From NCBI RefSeq assembly GCF_009914755.1, contig NC_060933.1: DNA of 64,000 nt; one strand, given 5' to 3'. The translations under genes were made by a program, and so were the position numbers. This DNA comes from the human T2T-CHM13v2.0 reference genome, Homo sapiens. Shown here one piece after another: positions 1 through 15,260 of this stretch. The notes below the pieces were generated by a model that was not told the origin of the DNA, made no database searches, and was given only the letters and a program-made list of their open reading frames with translations. Each line of letters starts with the position of its first letter. The stretch's first letter is position 1.

Positions 1-1400
1 CCATAAATAATGATAGGGTAAGAAACAATAAACAGAGAGAGGGATAAGGGAGGGCTTCTTCAAGGAGGTGATATTTAGACCACGACCTAAGAGGATGAGA
101 AGGAGCCAGCTATGTGGAGAGCTAGTATTAAGTATTAAGGTGTCCCAGGACCAGTGCAGAGAGAGATGTCTGGGAAATGTCAGAATCCTGTGTGACAAAG
201 CAAAACAAGCAGAGGAAATGTGAGATGAGGTTGGAAAGGCACGCAGAGGCCAAGTGCCACAGGACATTGTCATATTTAATTTTAAATACCATGGAAAGAC
301 ACTACAGTGTTTTAATCAGGAGAGAGTGACAGGAGTTACAATACCATGGGACGCCAATAAAGGTTTTAATGGGGAGATGGCAGAATTCAATTTTAAACGA
401 TCATTTTTGCTATTACTTGGAGATTGAATTTTAAGGGGACAGAAGTAACAGCAGGAAGACTAGTCGGGAGATGACTGTAGTCATCCAGATGAAAGACTAG
501 GGTTGGACCACAGTTTTGGCAGTGCAGGTGGAAAGAAGTGAACATATCCATGCTATATTCGGAAGTATTGCCCGTATGGAATGCTGTGGGACTAGATACA
601 GGAATTTAGAAAACAATCAGGTTGAGTCCCAGGCACTGTCCTCACCATCTGGATGCAAAATATAGGATGCGGAGACCAGCAGAGCTTCTAATTATGGTAC
701 TTTAAAATTGATACGGTTTTAAAAATATTCAAGCAAAGATACCAAGTAAGCAGTTGGCAGTGAGGCTTAAGCTTGGAGGAGAGATCTGGAATGGAGATTC
801 AAAATGAGGAGATTATAGTGTTAGGGTCTTTAAAGCTGTGGGAATAGGTGAGGCGAAGGAAGAAAATGTGGAATTAGATGACATTATTGTATCTATGTAA
901 TAATTTCCTAATTTTGATGATTGTATTGTTTCTATGTAGGAGAATGTTTTCATTGGAAAAAATACACAGTAACATAGTTAATGGTGAGGGGGCATTTTGT
1001 TGGCTATTTACATTCAAATATTTCAGATAAAAAATTTTTGTACTATACTTGCAACTTTTCTGAGGGTTTGAGATTGTTTAAAAATAAAAAAGTTAAATAA
1101 TTTTTTTTTTAAGAAAGGCCCGAGAATGAGTTTTAAGATTTATGGAAAAATACGAACAGCCAGCAAAGGAGACTGAGTGGGAGGGACCTACAAGAGTGCA
1201 GTGTTAGAGAAGCTGAGAAAGAAGAGGACTGTGTCTCAATAGGGAGGCAATGGCACAGCTATGAATAAGAGTAAGATGTGAACAAAAGATATTTATTAGA
1301 TTTGGTAACAATGAAAATCATTGGTGATTTTTTTTATAAGAGTGAGTTTGCTAGACCTGTGGATATAGAAACCCCATTGAACCATTTGAATCAATTTCTT
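1..1400 (-). mobile_element. L2 LINE fragment (ancient), interrupted by an L1M 3' end
   Basis: Purine-rich antisense L2 motifs such as 'ggcttcttcaaggaggtgatatttagac' and 'gagatgaggttggaaagg'. Boundaries approximate. Confidence 0.7.
870..1110 (+). mobile_element. L1MC/L1ME 3' UTR fragment
   Basis: Typical old-L1 3' end: 'ttttgatgattgtattg...tgtactatacttgcaacttttctg...aaaataaaaaagttaaa'. Confidence 0.65.
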
Positions 1401-1455
1401 AGTCAAATGATCATATAAAATGTTGAAAGTTTCAGTAATGTTTTGTCGCAGACAC

Positions 1456-1922
1456 TGTAAGTCCTCAACAAGGTCCCTTTGGATTCGTTTACCTTTTCCT
1501 TGTACACAGGCTCCAGGTGCTCCAGGTGTACTTTCATTCCCAGCAGCCAGTCCCTGTATTCATTTGCTGTGGGGCTGCACGAAGGCTGCTGGAGTCTAAT
1601 TTGTCTGCCCAGCTGGAGAGAAGGATGTACTTTCAGGGTTCATGAGGGGCAGCCTTAACCAAAATTAAGCCAGGTGGGAATACAAATATTCCAGCTTTGT
1701 TGTTTTATGCTACCACAGCTACATGGTCAGTCTCCAGAATTCCCTTGCAGACTGAGCTCACTGTAGGACTTTTCTTGATATCATATCCTTGCTCAGCCTT
1801 TTTTTTTGGTTTCCTATCCCAATTCTGCATTTTTCCACCAGTTTTCTTTGAGAAACTTCCTAATAAATCACTTCCTATGTATCCTTATCTTAGGTTCTCC
1901 CTCAGGGATAGCACCTAAAACA
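1456..1922 (+). mobile_element. ERVL-type solo LTR (LTR16-like)
   Basis: TG...CA ends. 'cctaataaatcacttcc...ttaggttctccctcagggatagcacctaaaaca' resembles the LTR16 family 3' end. Confidence 0.6.
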
Positions 1923-2821
1923 CTTAAAAACAACAACAGCAAACAAACATCAACCTCATTGGTGGCTTATTGATGTCCATCTTGTTTATAGAATAAAAAC
2001 CATCTGCTCAAACTCTGTCTTCATTATTTATAAGACATATTCAAAGTGGTTTAGTGCTTTCACTAGGCTGTTTTCATTAAATGAAAAAAGAAATGTGTGT
2101 GAAAAATTGACATACTTGCTATACACCTCAAAAACATTTACTTAAAATTTCCTAAAATGGAGCAACTTAAGGAAAAATGGAAATGGAAGGGTAAATATAG
2201 TATTTACATAGTAAGCACTTCTGCAGTTACTCATACCGTCAATTTACTTGATTGAATTCCAGCTATTTTTAACTACTTTAGATTTGGGCTTTATTTAAAC
2301 AAATAATTTATTTTTCACATTTTAATTTATTTAGAAGCTGAGTTTCAAATGTTTTCTAAGAGACTCTTGACTCTGTTAAAGGTGGCAGGCACAATGCCAA
2401 CAGGAAAGGCCACGTTGGCTCTCTTAATGATGACATCATTATTGGAGTCAGTCAGCCTTAAAAACTTTGGCTTCTGTTCTCCTAACCATCACAGAGTTGC
2501 ATTCATCACATAATGACATCTCTGCCACACTTGTCTTCCTATATATGCCTACTGTCTCCACCTTATTTTAAGCCTATACCCCTTAACCCGAATTTCATAG
2601 TGGCCTTCTAACTGGTGTTCCTTCGTTTAATTGCTCATCCTTCCCATCTCACCTATAATGGAGGTGGGAGCATAGATTTTAGTATGTCACTTTGCAAGTT
2701 AAAGACCTTCACAAACTTCACACTGTCAGCAGAGTAAAGTCACTTCCCACACTGGTCAAAGCTCTGGTTCAACTCATGCCTTGGTTGAGATGTTAGACCA
2801 GATACCCTCTGAATTTCCTTC

Positions 2822-3165
2822 TGTATTAGTTTCCATCACTGCTGTAACAAATTACCACAAGCTTGGTGGCTTAAAACAACACACATTTATTTTCTTACAC
2901 TTCTGGAGGTCAGAAGTTTAAAGTGGGTCTCACTGGGCTAAAATGAAGTTGTTAGCTGGCCTGTATTTTTTTCTGGAGGCTCTAGGGGAGAATCTACTTG
3001 CTGACCTTTTCTAGTTTTTAGAGGCCGGCTGTATTCCTTGGATTGTGGTATCCTTTGTCTATCTTCAAAGCCAAAAATGTCAGATTGCATCTTTTTCATG
3101 TTGTCACCTCTGGTTTTCCCTATTCTGCTTCCCCCAAGATGACCCATATGATGACATCAAGTAAT
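2822..3165 (-). mobile_element. MaLR LTR (MLT1C/D-like)
   Basis: 'tgtattagtttcc...gctgtaacaaattaccacaagcttggtggcttaaaacaacac...ttctggaggtcagaag' is the antisense MLT1 signature. Confidence 0.85.
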
Positions 3166-3169
3166 CTCT

Positions 3170-3638
3170 CTCGCCCTTTCCTCCAGGTTAGGCCACTGAG
3201 AGACACCAGCAGGAGATCAAAGAGCATGATGAGTTTGAGCTTTATTATTCTAGTCTCCTTCCTTCTGGGTCTCTACAGGTTAGGTATCTACCAGTCTTCA
3301 AAATGACACAACTCCTGGGAGGTGGCCAGCGCTGTACAGCTTTTCTCTCTGGATCTCACCAACCACTCCCTTCTCACGTGCCTTCAGGCATAGAATGGTG
3401 ATGGTTTCTGGTTGTAACTGACTGTGAACGTTTCATCTTGAGTTTGTCTGGGAATTTCTGGGTTTTAACACTGGAAGTCCTAAATTCAGAAAACTTTTAG
3501 GTTTTGGCCAAAAAAGTTGGCCACCCTACTGTTAACTAGGCTCTAAATCCTGCTGCTCCTTTGCAAATTTTTTTTTCATTATGATCTCAAGTTCTCAATT
3601 TGAGTGTATCATGTTTCCTTTTGAGACTCTAATAAATA
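3170..3638 (+). mobile_element. ERVL LTR33-like fragment, interrupted by MER81
   Basis: 'caccagcaggagatcaaagag' and the terminal 'tgagtgtatcatgtttcc' resemble LTR33. Confidence 0.5.
3420..3528 (+). mobile_element. MER81-like hAT-Blackjack MITE
   Basis: 'ggttttaacactggaagtcc...gttggccacccta' matches the MER81 body and its terminal inverted repeat. Confidence 0.6.
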
Positions 3639-3679
3639 AAGCATGCTTGTCATGTAAAGCATTTACAATTTATCCTTAA

Positions 3680-4025
3680 CATTTGTACTTTTGAAAGATC
3701 ACTCTGTTTGTAATATGGAGAGCCAATTGAAGTGGGTCAGAATGGAAATGGGGAGACAGAAAGTTGTTAGAGTGGTCTAACTGAATCATGGTCATGCCTG
3801 AACTAAGGTCACATAAGTAAAGAAGGAGAGAAGAAGCAAGAAGTAAGAAATTTAAGTAAGGCAGAGACACCAGGATATGGCGATTAATTGGACGTGGGTG
3901 AACAGAGATAGAAAGAAGCAATGATGACATAGAGGATTTTGCTGGGGGCTTGTGGGTGGATTGTGGTGCTACTCACTGAGACAAGAAATCTTGGAGAAGG
4001 TTTGGGTTTGGTGGGGAAGGCTGGG
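3680..4025 (-). mobile_element. L2 fragment
   Basis: 'ttttgaaagatcactctg' and 'actcactgagacaag...gaaggtttgggtttgg' are antisense L2 motifs. Confidence 0.6.
3932..3969 (+). repeat. Dispersed 37-38 bp direct repeat, copy 1 (inside L2)
   Basis: gaggattttgctgggggcttgtgggtggattgtggtgc, identical to 7064-7100 except for one T. Confidence 0.95.
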
Positions 4026-4912
4026 TGTGTAATTTCTCCATCAATAGGTTTTATTTTCAAATTATTAAATAGGCTTTGTTGTGAATTATGATCAATAGAA
4101 ATCATAAATTTATTAATGTTCTGAGTTCATATGTGATCAAAAACTGACTATAGTTGTCATTAATAGTGCTGAGAAGACCAGCAAAACCTAATCTTTTTGG
4201 GGAAGGTTTTCTTAGTCTTGTGAGTTTCTGAATGTCTACAAAGCAGATTAGCATGTACTTTATGACAGTAAAACTGGAAGACCAAGATTGGACTGGACCT
4301 TCTATTTGAGACTACAAGGTGTGAGACAGAATTTTATGAGAAAGGAAAATTCTATCAGAGTATGAATCTTCCAGCTTTGGTGATATTCTTATTCTGGCCG
4401 TGCCCAGCAGGCATGGAATAGAAACTTTTGAATTGGAGTGGACCTATGAGCATGTGTAACAAATGGCTTTGTATATCTTGGGAATATTTGCAATGCCTGA
4501 GTGTCTGTGTGGGACATTTAAGTGTGAGTAACACTTGAGTAAGTTCTAGACGTAGCTGGAGTCAATAAATGCTTTAATCAATATACCATGGCATTTATAA
4601 CTTGTATCACAGCTCCTCTTAAATCTATAGGTGATTATGTCCTGCAACACACCATTTCCATGCTTTTGTTCACATGGTCCCAGATGCTGCAAATTTTCTC
4701 ATCTGGAAGCAATTTTTTCTACTTGCATTTTCATAATACTCAACTTGCATATGACTTGTGATGTACATCATGTCCTGCCTTTTGTGGTGGGGGGTGATTT
4801 GTACACATGCTGTCTCCTTTAGAAGATGCAAAAACTGTCAGACTCTGAGTCCACTCCCTGGTAAATCTCTGTGAGTTTATCTCTGTGTGACTCGTAAATT
4901 CCTATTGCTATT

Positions 4913-5277
4913 TGTCTCTGTCCATTTGGGTTACTATAACAAACTACCATAGATTAGGAGGCTTATAAACAACAGCAATTTATCTGTCACAGAGGCTAAG
5001 AAGTCTAAGATCAAGGCCTGCCAAGATTGGCAGTCAGTGTCTGGTGAGGGCCTGTTTCCTGGTGCAGAGATGGCTGTCCTCTAGCAGAGTGCTCGTGTAG
5101 TGGAAGAGGCAAGAAAACTCTCTCAGGCCACTGGGAAATAAGGGCACTAATACTATTCACAAGGCCTCTATCCTCATTACCTAATCACCTTCCAAAGGCT
5201 TGCCTCCAAACACCATCATATTGGGGGTTAGATTTCAACATATGAATTTTGGTGGGACATACATTCAGTCCATAGCA
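4913..5277 (-). mobile_element. MLT1A-like MaLR solo LTR
   Basis: Full LTR 'tgtctctgtccatttggg...cattcagtccatagca' with a perfect 5-bp TSD ctatt (4908-4912 and 5278-5282). Confidence 0.9.
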
Positions 5278-5282
5278 CTATT

Positions 5283-6950
<1,668 letters not shown>

Positions 6951-7063
6951 GCACTGTTTTTAAAGTTTTGTCTTATACCTGCTGGTGTCTGATCTCTACT
7001 CCACCACCTGGCAATCTTGATATCCCCTTTCTCTTACTCTCATATTAACCTGGTCACCTTTAG

Positions 7064-7100
7064 GAGGATTTTGCTGGGGGCTGTGGGTGGATTGTGGTGC
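7064..7100 (+). repeat. Dispersed 37-38 bp direct repeat, copy 2
   Basis: gaggattttgctgggggctgtgggtggattgtggtgc. Confidence 0.95.
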
Positions 7101-7292
7101 CTTGCTTCTAAGGAGGGCTACTGAACTCTCGCAGCCTTTTGTAGCCTGCTCTGGATACCTGGAATGTGAGACTTTTTTCCTTAGCCAGCAGTGAGAGATA
7201 TTCTATAGGTACCTTGCAGTATTTTACTTCCAATAATGTCTTCAAGGCTAGTGTCCCATGTCCCATGAATGACCCCGCAGGTCCTTACATTC

Positions 7293-7795
7293 TCTTTTTT
7301 TTCTCAGTTTAAAAAATGTGGTAAAATACACATAGAATTTAGCATCTTAAGTATTTTTGAGTGGACAGTTCAATGGTATTAAATATATTCACATTGTTGT
7401 GTAACCATTACATCCATTCATCACAGAACTCCTTTCATCTTGCAAATATGAAGCTCTATACCCATTACATGGCAAGTCTCCATTATCTCCCCCAACTCCT
7501 GACTGTGGGCAACCACTCTTCTACTTTGCCTCTATAAACTTGCCTACTCTAGGTCCCTCATATAAGTGGAATCATATAGTATTTGTCCTATTGCGATTGG
7601 CTTATCTCACTTAGCATAATGTCCTCAAGTGTCATTCTTGTTGTAGCATAAGTCAGAATTTCTTTCCTTTTTAAGCTGAAAAATATTGCATTGTATGTAT
7701 ATACCACATTTTGCTCATCCATTCATCTGTTGATGAACAGGAGTTGCTTCCATGTTTTAGCTATTGTGAATAACACTACTGTGAACATGGGTATA
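7293..7795 (-). mobile_element. L1MB 3' fragment
   Basis: 'gtggtaaaatacacata...cacattgttgtgtaaccat...tataagtggaatcatatagtatttgtcc' is antisense L1MB 3' UTR. Confidence 0.85.
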
Positions 7796-7865
7796 CCCTT
7801 ATGTTCTTTTTTTATTTTTGGTTTGCGTCTTTCTTATCCATGGAATTTCCTAAGAGCTTGGGCAT

Positions 7866-8310
7866 AGCCTGTTTCGATTCCTGTCAATAAGACCCTGAGA
7901 AGAGGATTTGCATGTGAGCAACTGATTAAGGACATGTTCCCGGGAGAAATTAGCAAGATAGTGTGGAAAGTGGAACAGGAAAGAGGACAGAGCCATACAA
8001 GTGTGCAGTTTCAGAAAATCCTATAGAAGGGAGTGTTAGCTTGATCCTATAGAAGAATTTTGGAATGCCGATTTTATGTCAATGCTGTCCCATCCCAAAG
8101 CAAGGCAGCTGAGCTTTCATACTCTTGTATGCTTTAGCCATACCCTTTGGAGATGTGAATTCCCAGACACCTCTGATTTTCTGTGTGCTTGGGCAACCTG
8201 GCTCCAGCAGCCACAGTGCAGCCTTCCAGATTAGCATTGTAGGTATGCGCTGTCAAAAGTAAAAGCACACCAAAGCTGGGGAAGGGGCGCATAGAAAAAG
8301 TAAATGGGAC
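7866..8310 (-). mobile_element. Old ERVL/MaLR-type LTR (family uncertain)
   Basis: 'agaccctgagaagaggatttgcatgtgag' resembles the antisense 3' end of ERVL LTRs. Confidence 0.45.
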
Positions 8311-8521
8311 TGTCTTTTCCCCAGTGTTATGTTCTTGGCACCTTTGTGGAGTTCACTGTAGGATTGTAAGGCTCTGTGTAGAGCACCAGCAATGTCCACT
8401 CCAGTTTCTCACTGGGAGCTTACATTCCAGTATCCCGGATACAAACCATCACTTACATGCCCCCTCCACTGCCTTCCCAGGAGGTCCACTGAGGATTCAT
8501 AAAAACATAACTTTTATTCAC

Positions 8522-9080
8522 TGTAATGGTTAATATTAAGTGTCAGCTTGGTTGGATTGAAGGATGCAAAGTATTGTTTCTGGGTGTGTCCATGGGGGTG
8601 TTGCCAGAGGAGATGAACATTTGAGTCAGTGTATTGGAAAAGAAAAACTCACCCTTAATGTGGATAGGCACCATCCAACTGGCTGCCAGTGAGGCTAGAA
8701 AAAGCAGGTGGAAGACGGTGGAATAAGCTGGCTTGCTGAGTCTTCCAGCTTTCATCTTTCTTCCATGCTGGATGCTTCCTGACCTTGAACACCAGACTGC
8801 GGGTTCTTCAGCCTTTGGACTCTTGGACTTACAACAGTGGTGTGCCAGGGGCTCTCCAGCCTTTGGCCGCAGACTGAAGCCTGCACTCCCGGCTTCCTTA
8901 CTTTTGGGGCTTTGGGACTTGGACTGAGCCACTACTGGCTTCCTTGCTCCTCAGCTCGCAGATGCCTTATTGTGGGACTTCAGCTTGTGATAGTGTGAGT
9001 CAATTCTCCTTGATAAACTCCTCTTCATATGTACATATATCCTATTTGTTCTGTCCCTCTGGAGAACCCTGACTAATACA
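8522..9080 (+). mobile_element. MLT2A (HERV-L) solo LTR, MLT2A2-like
   Basis: Starts 'tgtaatggttaatattaagtgtca', ends 'gagaaccctgactaataca'. TSD ttcac/gtcac (4/5). Confidence 0.93.
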
Positions 9081-11429
9081 GTCACATTCTCCATTTTGTC
9101 AGCATTTCTGAGAGAGGTGCTTCAGTGAACATCACTACACCAGCTATCTGAGAATAGCAACCGTATATTCTCGGTTCTGAGTGTCCAACCTCTAGTAGAA
9201 AGCTTCGTACGTGACAGTGTACCCTGAATTGAAATGACTTTCTGCTTTTCTGGGTATAGGATTAATTATATTGAACAGCACATGAGGGAAATCCTAAATA
9301 GAAACTGAATTCCAAAGACAAACTAACTTTAAGCCCACATGTGCTTACTAGACTGAAGGTTAGTTTCATTTAGTGGTATTTCTTGCTTTGAAATTAGGCA
9401 TTAAGAAAAACAACCTTCCTGGGGGCTTTCAGCACATTCTGCTTCACATGGATGAATTCTCTTTGTGCAGATAATCTGGTCATACCTGGGGCTTCTCTTT
9501 ATGTCCAGAATTGCAAAACCTCACATCTGATTTTCTCAAATACTCTCTAGATGTCCATTATTATCTTGGCAATCCTGTCTGCTACCATTGAAATTAGTTC
9601 TGAAGGTTGTTCACAAAGTTAAAGAATGATTTTCCTCTCGCCAACTGTGGAAGGAAAAAATTTTGGAGCAATATGGCAGATGAGGGACATTATTAATGCT
9701 ATTTTACAAACTTATAAATATAACCTATATTATATGGGTCCACACTCATACCAGTACTCAGGTCCTAGGGACTTGCTATCACTGGCAATACTGCGTGGAA
9801 GGGAAAGATGTTATTAAAATCCACAAATCTGTATCTCCCACTGGGAACATAACTTTTAATTTGACAGTCATAAAATTCATCAACTATAACCATAACCACC
9901 ATTTTAAAGATGGAGGAAGTGAGGTAGAGAAAGTTAATGGCATTTTACTGAAGGTATATTAATACAGTAATAGGTCCTGCTGTTAAGTACAACTCATTCA
10001 TTTTCAGTCAAAAATAAATTCATTTCATGGGAAATGATAATTACTGATTAGCAATCTGGTTTATCTTTCTTCAAAAACATTTCTTCTTTGTGGCCTCCAT
10101 TATTTCTCTTTGTGGTATAAAGTCCAGTTAATCCAAATGAATTTTGAAACTCAGTGGTAAAATTGTGCTTCATGCTCTTGGAACATAAGGATCTTTGACA
10201 TTTGTAGTCTGGGATTTTGAGATAGAGCTGCACAGAGTGAAGTTCAAATCAGATTTAGAGTCAACTGACTTTCATTAAGTGACTTTTATGTGACTTAATC
10301 TCTGTGAGGTACTTTCTTAAATAGTATTCAACTTAATCCATACATCAATCTTATGAGAAGGGATTACTTATCCTAATTTCACAGCTGAAGGTGACAACTG
10401 ATCTTGGTAACAGAATATATTATCATTTTATCACAGTATCCAGCAACATCATTCTTTTAAGTCTCATGATTGTCTGGCATTGTTCATTTAAGAACCAGGT
10501 AAGTGGCACTCATTGCCGCTGTGTCAAACTGGGGAAAAGTTATTTAGGGAAGAAAACCGATGTTTGGGCTATTAAAAGCAGTTTTTGAAATAAGAGGTTA
10601 TCTATAAGGCTGGGGAATTTCCAAAGAAATATATATTTTGAAGAGTAAGGGAAGGAAGGAATAGAGATTATGGGAAAAAATATCGGATTGAGTAAGGGCA
10701 TCCTATTTAGCTCTTGCTAATAGGATAAATATCAATGAAATATAAGGACAGTGTTACATTATACTGAATAAGCACAGTTCACAGTGTATAATAATAAAGC
10801 AACTTAATTTAGAGACCCACTGTATCTTAAAGGTTAGTGTATGAGGCTAATTCTCATCCTCTCGCGGGATGAACATTCTAGCAGGATCCATTACTCTTGT
10901 AGTTACTCTTAGGTAATACATAATTCTGAGGTCAATTCAAACCGTGAAACAGTTTAATAATTAAAATATCAAGTCCACTGTAACACTTAAAGCTTCAGTT
11001 TCAGTTTAAAATTGAGACTTCTTTTCCTCCCCAGCTGGGCCTTTTTAATGCAGCCAAACTGCAGTTGAGGAGGAGAGAAAAGTGCTGTGTTTCTCCATCT
11101 AGCACATTTACTTTTTTCTATTTTGCAAACCCTTGTTTCTGAGAACTGCAGATTGGACCACAAAGGGGGCAGATGAGTAAAGGGGAGCAATAAACTTCGT
11201 ATGTCATGGGCACCGTCTTGGTGAAATAGCATCAGAACTCTGTAGACATGGTGTGTATGTAACGTTGACTCTTGCTTTCCAGGCCACCTTCATGGGCTCT
11301 TTGATGAGTCACCTCCCCAAGTTGCAAGGAATTTCTCACCTGTAATTCCTATGAGGAGGGCAGATGCATCTCTAATATGGCTGATAGTTTACTTCTTTGA
11401 CACTATAAGAAACTCTGGCAATCCCTAGA

Positions 11430-12020
11430 TCTTTCATGAGCCAGGTTTCAGTGAAGATAATCATATTAAGAATCTGGGGAGCAGAAATGGATTTAACATA
11501 GGAGATTATTGCTTTAAAATTTTTTGGAAGCACTGAGGGAGTAGATTCTAGGCTGAATATTTAGGAATGACTCTCAGAAAAATATAGGACTGACCCAACA
11601 GGAGAGCAACTACCTCTGAGACCACTACTGAACCTATTACAAATGAAAAACCTCCTGCTGCCATTGACCATTCCAATTCCCTTTGGAAACATAGGGAACT
11701 AGAATACACACATCATTGCTTTGATTCCTGAAGTAAAGTAGCAAACCAAAGCATGAAGTCAATGCTGCCACTTCAGTCACCCCCACAACTACTCACCAGC
11801 CAGGCAACCGGAGAATGGACACTGCTGCAGAGAGAATTCATGTTCCCATGACAGTGTTGCTGGCAGAAACAGCCAAATAAAGTCTGGGAAAATAGATTCT
11901 GTCTCACTCCTGCTTTCTAAATCTCAAGTAGGTAATTCTAATTGTCAGAGCTTAATTTACATACGGAAATATAGCCGTAAGGAAATTTAGGAGGTAATTT
12001 TAACGTCCTAGTCTTTCCAA
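11430..12020. mobile_element. Ancient LTR (LTR78/79-like)
   Basis: 'ggagaatggacactgctgcagag...gctggcagaaacagcca' resembles LTR78/79. Family and strand uncertain. Confidence 0.4.
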
Positions 12021-12299
12021 ACTGAGTAAGAAAATCCACAAGAACAAGCTCACTGGCAGCCTAATAAGGACCAGGAGGGAAGAACAGTCTTAGGCAAAAG
12101 TTACATTGAGAAAACAGTGGAGTGAGGAAAAGTATTCAGGTTTTTTAGGACATTATTGAGCCAATGATTAAAGCATGCTTGAAACCTTTCTGAACTTAAG
12201 CTGTATAAAATAGTGAAATACGTTCTTGTTTAAGCTTACAAGTTTTGGGATTTTTTTTGTGACTTGCACCTGAAAAAATATTACTTGATACTCTACTAC

Positions 12300-12460
12300 A
12301 CCATTTAAAATTATTTGTTTGCTTTTTATTGTGGGTCTCTCCTCACCTCTGAAATCTAAGCTCCAGAAGGGTGGGGGATTTCTAATGTCTTATTCACACT
12401 CCCTTCTGAGTACCTGGACCAATGCTTAAAATAGAGTAGACATCAAAGATAGTTGCTGAA
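12300..12460 (+). mobile_element. L2 3' end
   Basis: 'aatctaagctccagaagggtgggg...tagttgctgaa' is a degenerate L2 tail. Confidence 0.6.
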
Positions 12461-12524
12461 ATACTAAGGTGAGAAATAAAACAAAAATAGAGAACAAAAT
12501 GTGAAATTGTGGCTTAAAAGGGGT

Positions 12525-14790
12525 AGAGATAACCAAGTGGTATTTGTACTAGGAATGCAAAGTTGGTTTAACATTAAAAATCAGCATAACATTATATCAA
12601 CAGATTAAAAGAGAAAAATTATATGACCAGATGCAGAAAAACTATTTGACACATTTCAACATCAGTTCTTGATAAAAACTCTTACCAAACTATAACTTGA
12701 AGGGAAATTCTTCATCCTGATAAAGGACATCAATGATGATCTAACGCAGGTGTCAAACTTAATGATGAAAGATGGAATGCAGTTTCTTTAAGAATGAAAA
12801 CAAAAAAGGTTGTTTATTCTTATACCTCTATTCAGCCTTGTACTCTGGGTTTCAGTTAGCTCAAGAAGACAAGATAAATATAAAAGACAATCAGATTAGA
12901 AAAGAGAAAATAAAATTATCTTCATTAGACAACCTGATTGTCAATGTAGGCATTCTCCCCAAAATCTAAAAAAAAAGGCTATTAGAACTATGAACTACAC
13001 AAGTTTGGCAAGGTTGCAGATTACAAGCTCAATATACTAGAAAATCTGCTGTTCTTTTACATACGAACAATGAAAATTGGAAATTGAAGTAAAAACAGTA
13101 CTACTTGCAATAGAATCATAAAATATAAAAAACTTAAGATCAAATTTAACAAAATATCAATATTTGAATGTTGAAAATCAAAAACAGGAAACAGTGATGA
13201 GCGAAATTAAAATGGACCTAAACAAATGAAAGGAGATCTTATGTTCAAGGATTGAATGACCCAGCATTGAAAAAAATGTCAGTTCTTTTCAAAGTCATCT
13301 ATAGATCTAATGAAATAGCCATCAATATCCCCAAAGGCTTTGTTGAAATTAACAAGCTGATTCTAAAATGTTATAGAAGTACAAGGGACTTAGAATAGTC
13401 AAACCAATTTTGTAAATAAAGAACAAAGTTGGAAGACTGTTCAGAATTTACTTTAAAACTATAATAATCTGAACAGGGTGGTATTGGTTCAAGGATAGTA
13501 GTATAGATGAATAGAACGGAATAGTGTCTAGAAAGAAGAACACAAATATGGTCAACTGATTTTCAACAAAGGTGCTGAGGTAATTCATAAGAGGAAGGAT
13601 AGTCTTTTTAAAGATAGTGCTGGGACAAGTGTACATCCATATGAAAAAAAGTGACCCATATCTCACACTATATGCAAAAATGGATCAGAGGCTTAGATAT
13701 AAAACCTGAAACTTAAACTTGTAGAGGAAAACATTGGAGACAAATGTTTGAGACTTTGAGTTAGGCAAAGATTTCACAGAGAGGATGCACAAAACCCAGC
13801 CCATAAAAGAAAAAAAACGTCTAAATTGGACTTCATCAAAATTAAAAACTTCTGCTCTTTGGAAAATACTGTTAAAAATGAATAAAGTGAAAAATGCTAT
13901 TACAAATGAAAAAAGGGAGCCATAGTTGAAAGAAAATCTTTGCAAAACACGTGAGGATTTGTAACCAGAATATATAAAGATGTATCAAAATGCAGTAGTA
14001 AAATCATAAATCTGATTTTTAAAAATGGACCAAGGCTTTGAGTGGACACTTTATTGAAGGAGAGATACCGGATGGCTGGTTGCAAGTAAGCACATGAAAA
14101 GACACTTAACACAATTACTTACAAGGGAATTGCAAAGTAATGCCAGGAAATACCACCACACATTTATTAGAATGACAACAACAAAACAAATAAACTCCAC
14201 CCCTTCATTTGTTTGTGCACCTTCACGCTAATCTGACAGTTCTAAGTGTTGACAAGGATATGAGGATATGGACTACCTGGAACTGTCATATATTGCTGGT
14301 GGGAATGCAGAATAGTATGACAATTTTGGAAAACAGTTTGGCAGTTTCTTATAAACATATACTTAGCACAGGGCCAGCAATCCCACCCCTAGGTGTTTGC
14401 CCATGAGAAGTGAAAACATGTGCCTACACAAAGGTCTCTATGCAAATATAGCAACCCAAATGTCCATCAACTGATGAATGGATAAATGAAATTTTGGCAC
14501 ACCCATGCAATGGAATACTATTCAGCAATAAAAAGGAACAAACTACTAATACATGCAACAATATGTATACACATGTAGAAAATACATGTAGAAAAGTAAA
14601 ACTATAGGAACAGAAATTAGATCAATGGTTGTCAGGTGCTGGGAGTAGGAGAGGTACACAAGAAAGTTTTTGATGAAGATAAAATTTATTTTGATTGTGA
14701 TAGTTACAAAACTACATTTGTCAAAGTGTATAAAACTGTACACCTAAAAAGGTGAATTTTACTGGATGTAATTTTTTTTAAAAAAGGAAT
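12525..14790 (+). mobile_element. Old L1 (L1MB/L1ME) ORF2 remnant plus 3' UTR
   Basis: Degenerate ORF2 ('ggaatgcaaagttggtttaacatt', 'gcaaggttgcagattacaag', 'ggacttcatcaaaattaaaaacttctg') and 3' end 'aactgtacacctaaaaaggtgaattttactg'. Confidence 0.9.
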
Positions 14791-14863
14791 GATGGGAAAT
14801 ACTAAAATAAACTTAAATTAAAAATTAAGCCTAAATATCAGTTGTAAATTTAGTAACAATATC

Positions 14864-14969
14864 ATACCCAGAGTGATAAATAATTCTTATAAAAAGGACA
14901 AATATTCAAGTAAATAATTTTAATCATTTGAAATAAGAAACTGGGTTCAAAACTGGAATTATATATTAT
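14864..14969 (+). repeat. Dispersed direct repeat of about 105 bp, copy 1
   Basis: Matches 19506-19609 except 3 substitutions and one 2-bp indel. Confidence 0.95.
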
Positions 14970-15260
14970 CTTTTTAAAATCATTGATTAGAAAAAATACA
15001 AATAAATATACCCACCCTTTCAATTCAAGCAGTCCTAAAGAAAACAATAAATGAGTCAAAGGAAACCAGGAGAAAGAAATTAATAAAGATAAAAGAAGAT
15101 TTTGGTGGATTAGAACACAGGAATAAGAAGATTTGATTAATAAATTCCAAAAATTATTGGGAAAAATATTGAAATGAATTTCTGCTTGACTACTGAAGAA
15201 ATTGAGTGATGTTAGGAGCTAGAATAGAATATGACCACTAATAAAAAAAAGAAAAAAAAC
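14970..15260 (+). mobile_element. HAL1 or old L1 fragment
   Basis: A-rich 'agaaagaaattaataaagataaaagaag...ttaataaattccaaaaa'. Confidence 0.4.

Noticed and set aside
8543-8932. 129-aa ORF, and the related 62853-63152 ORF
   Set aside because: They lie wholly within MLT2A LTRs; chance frames.
11155-11172. CTCF-like motif gaccacaaagggggcaga
   Set aside because: Has an extra base in the core relative to CCASYAGRKGGC; too weak without data.
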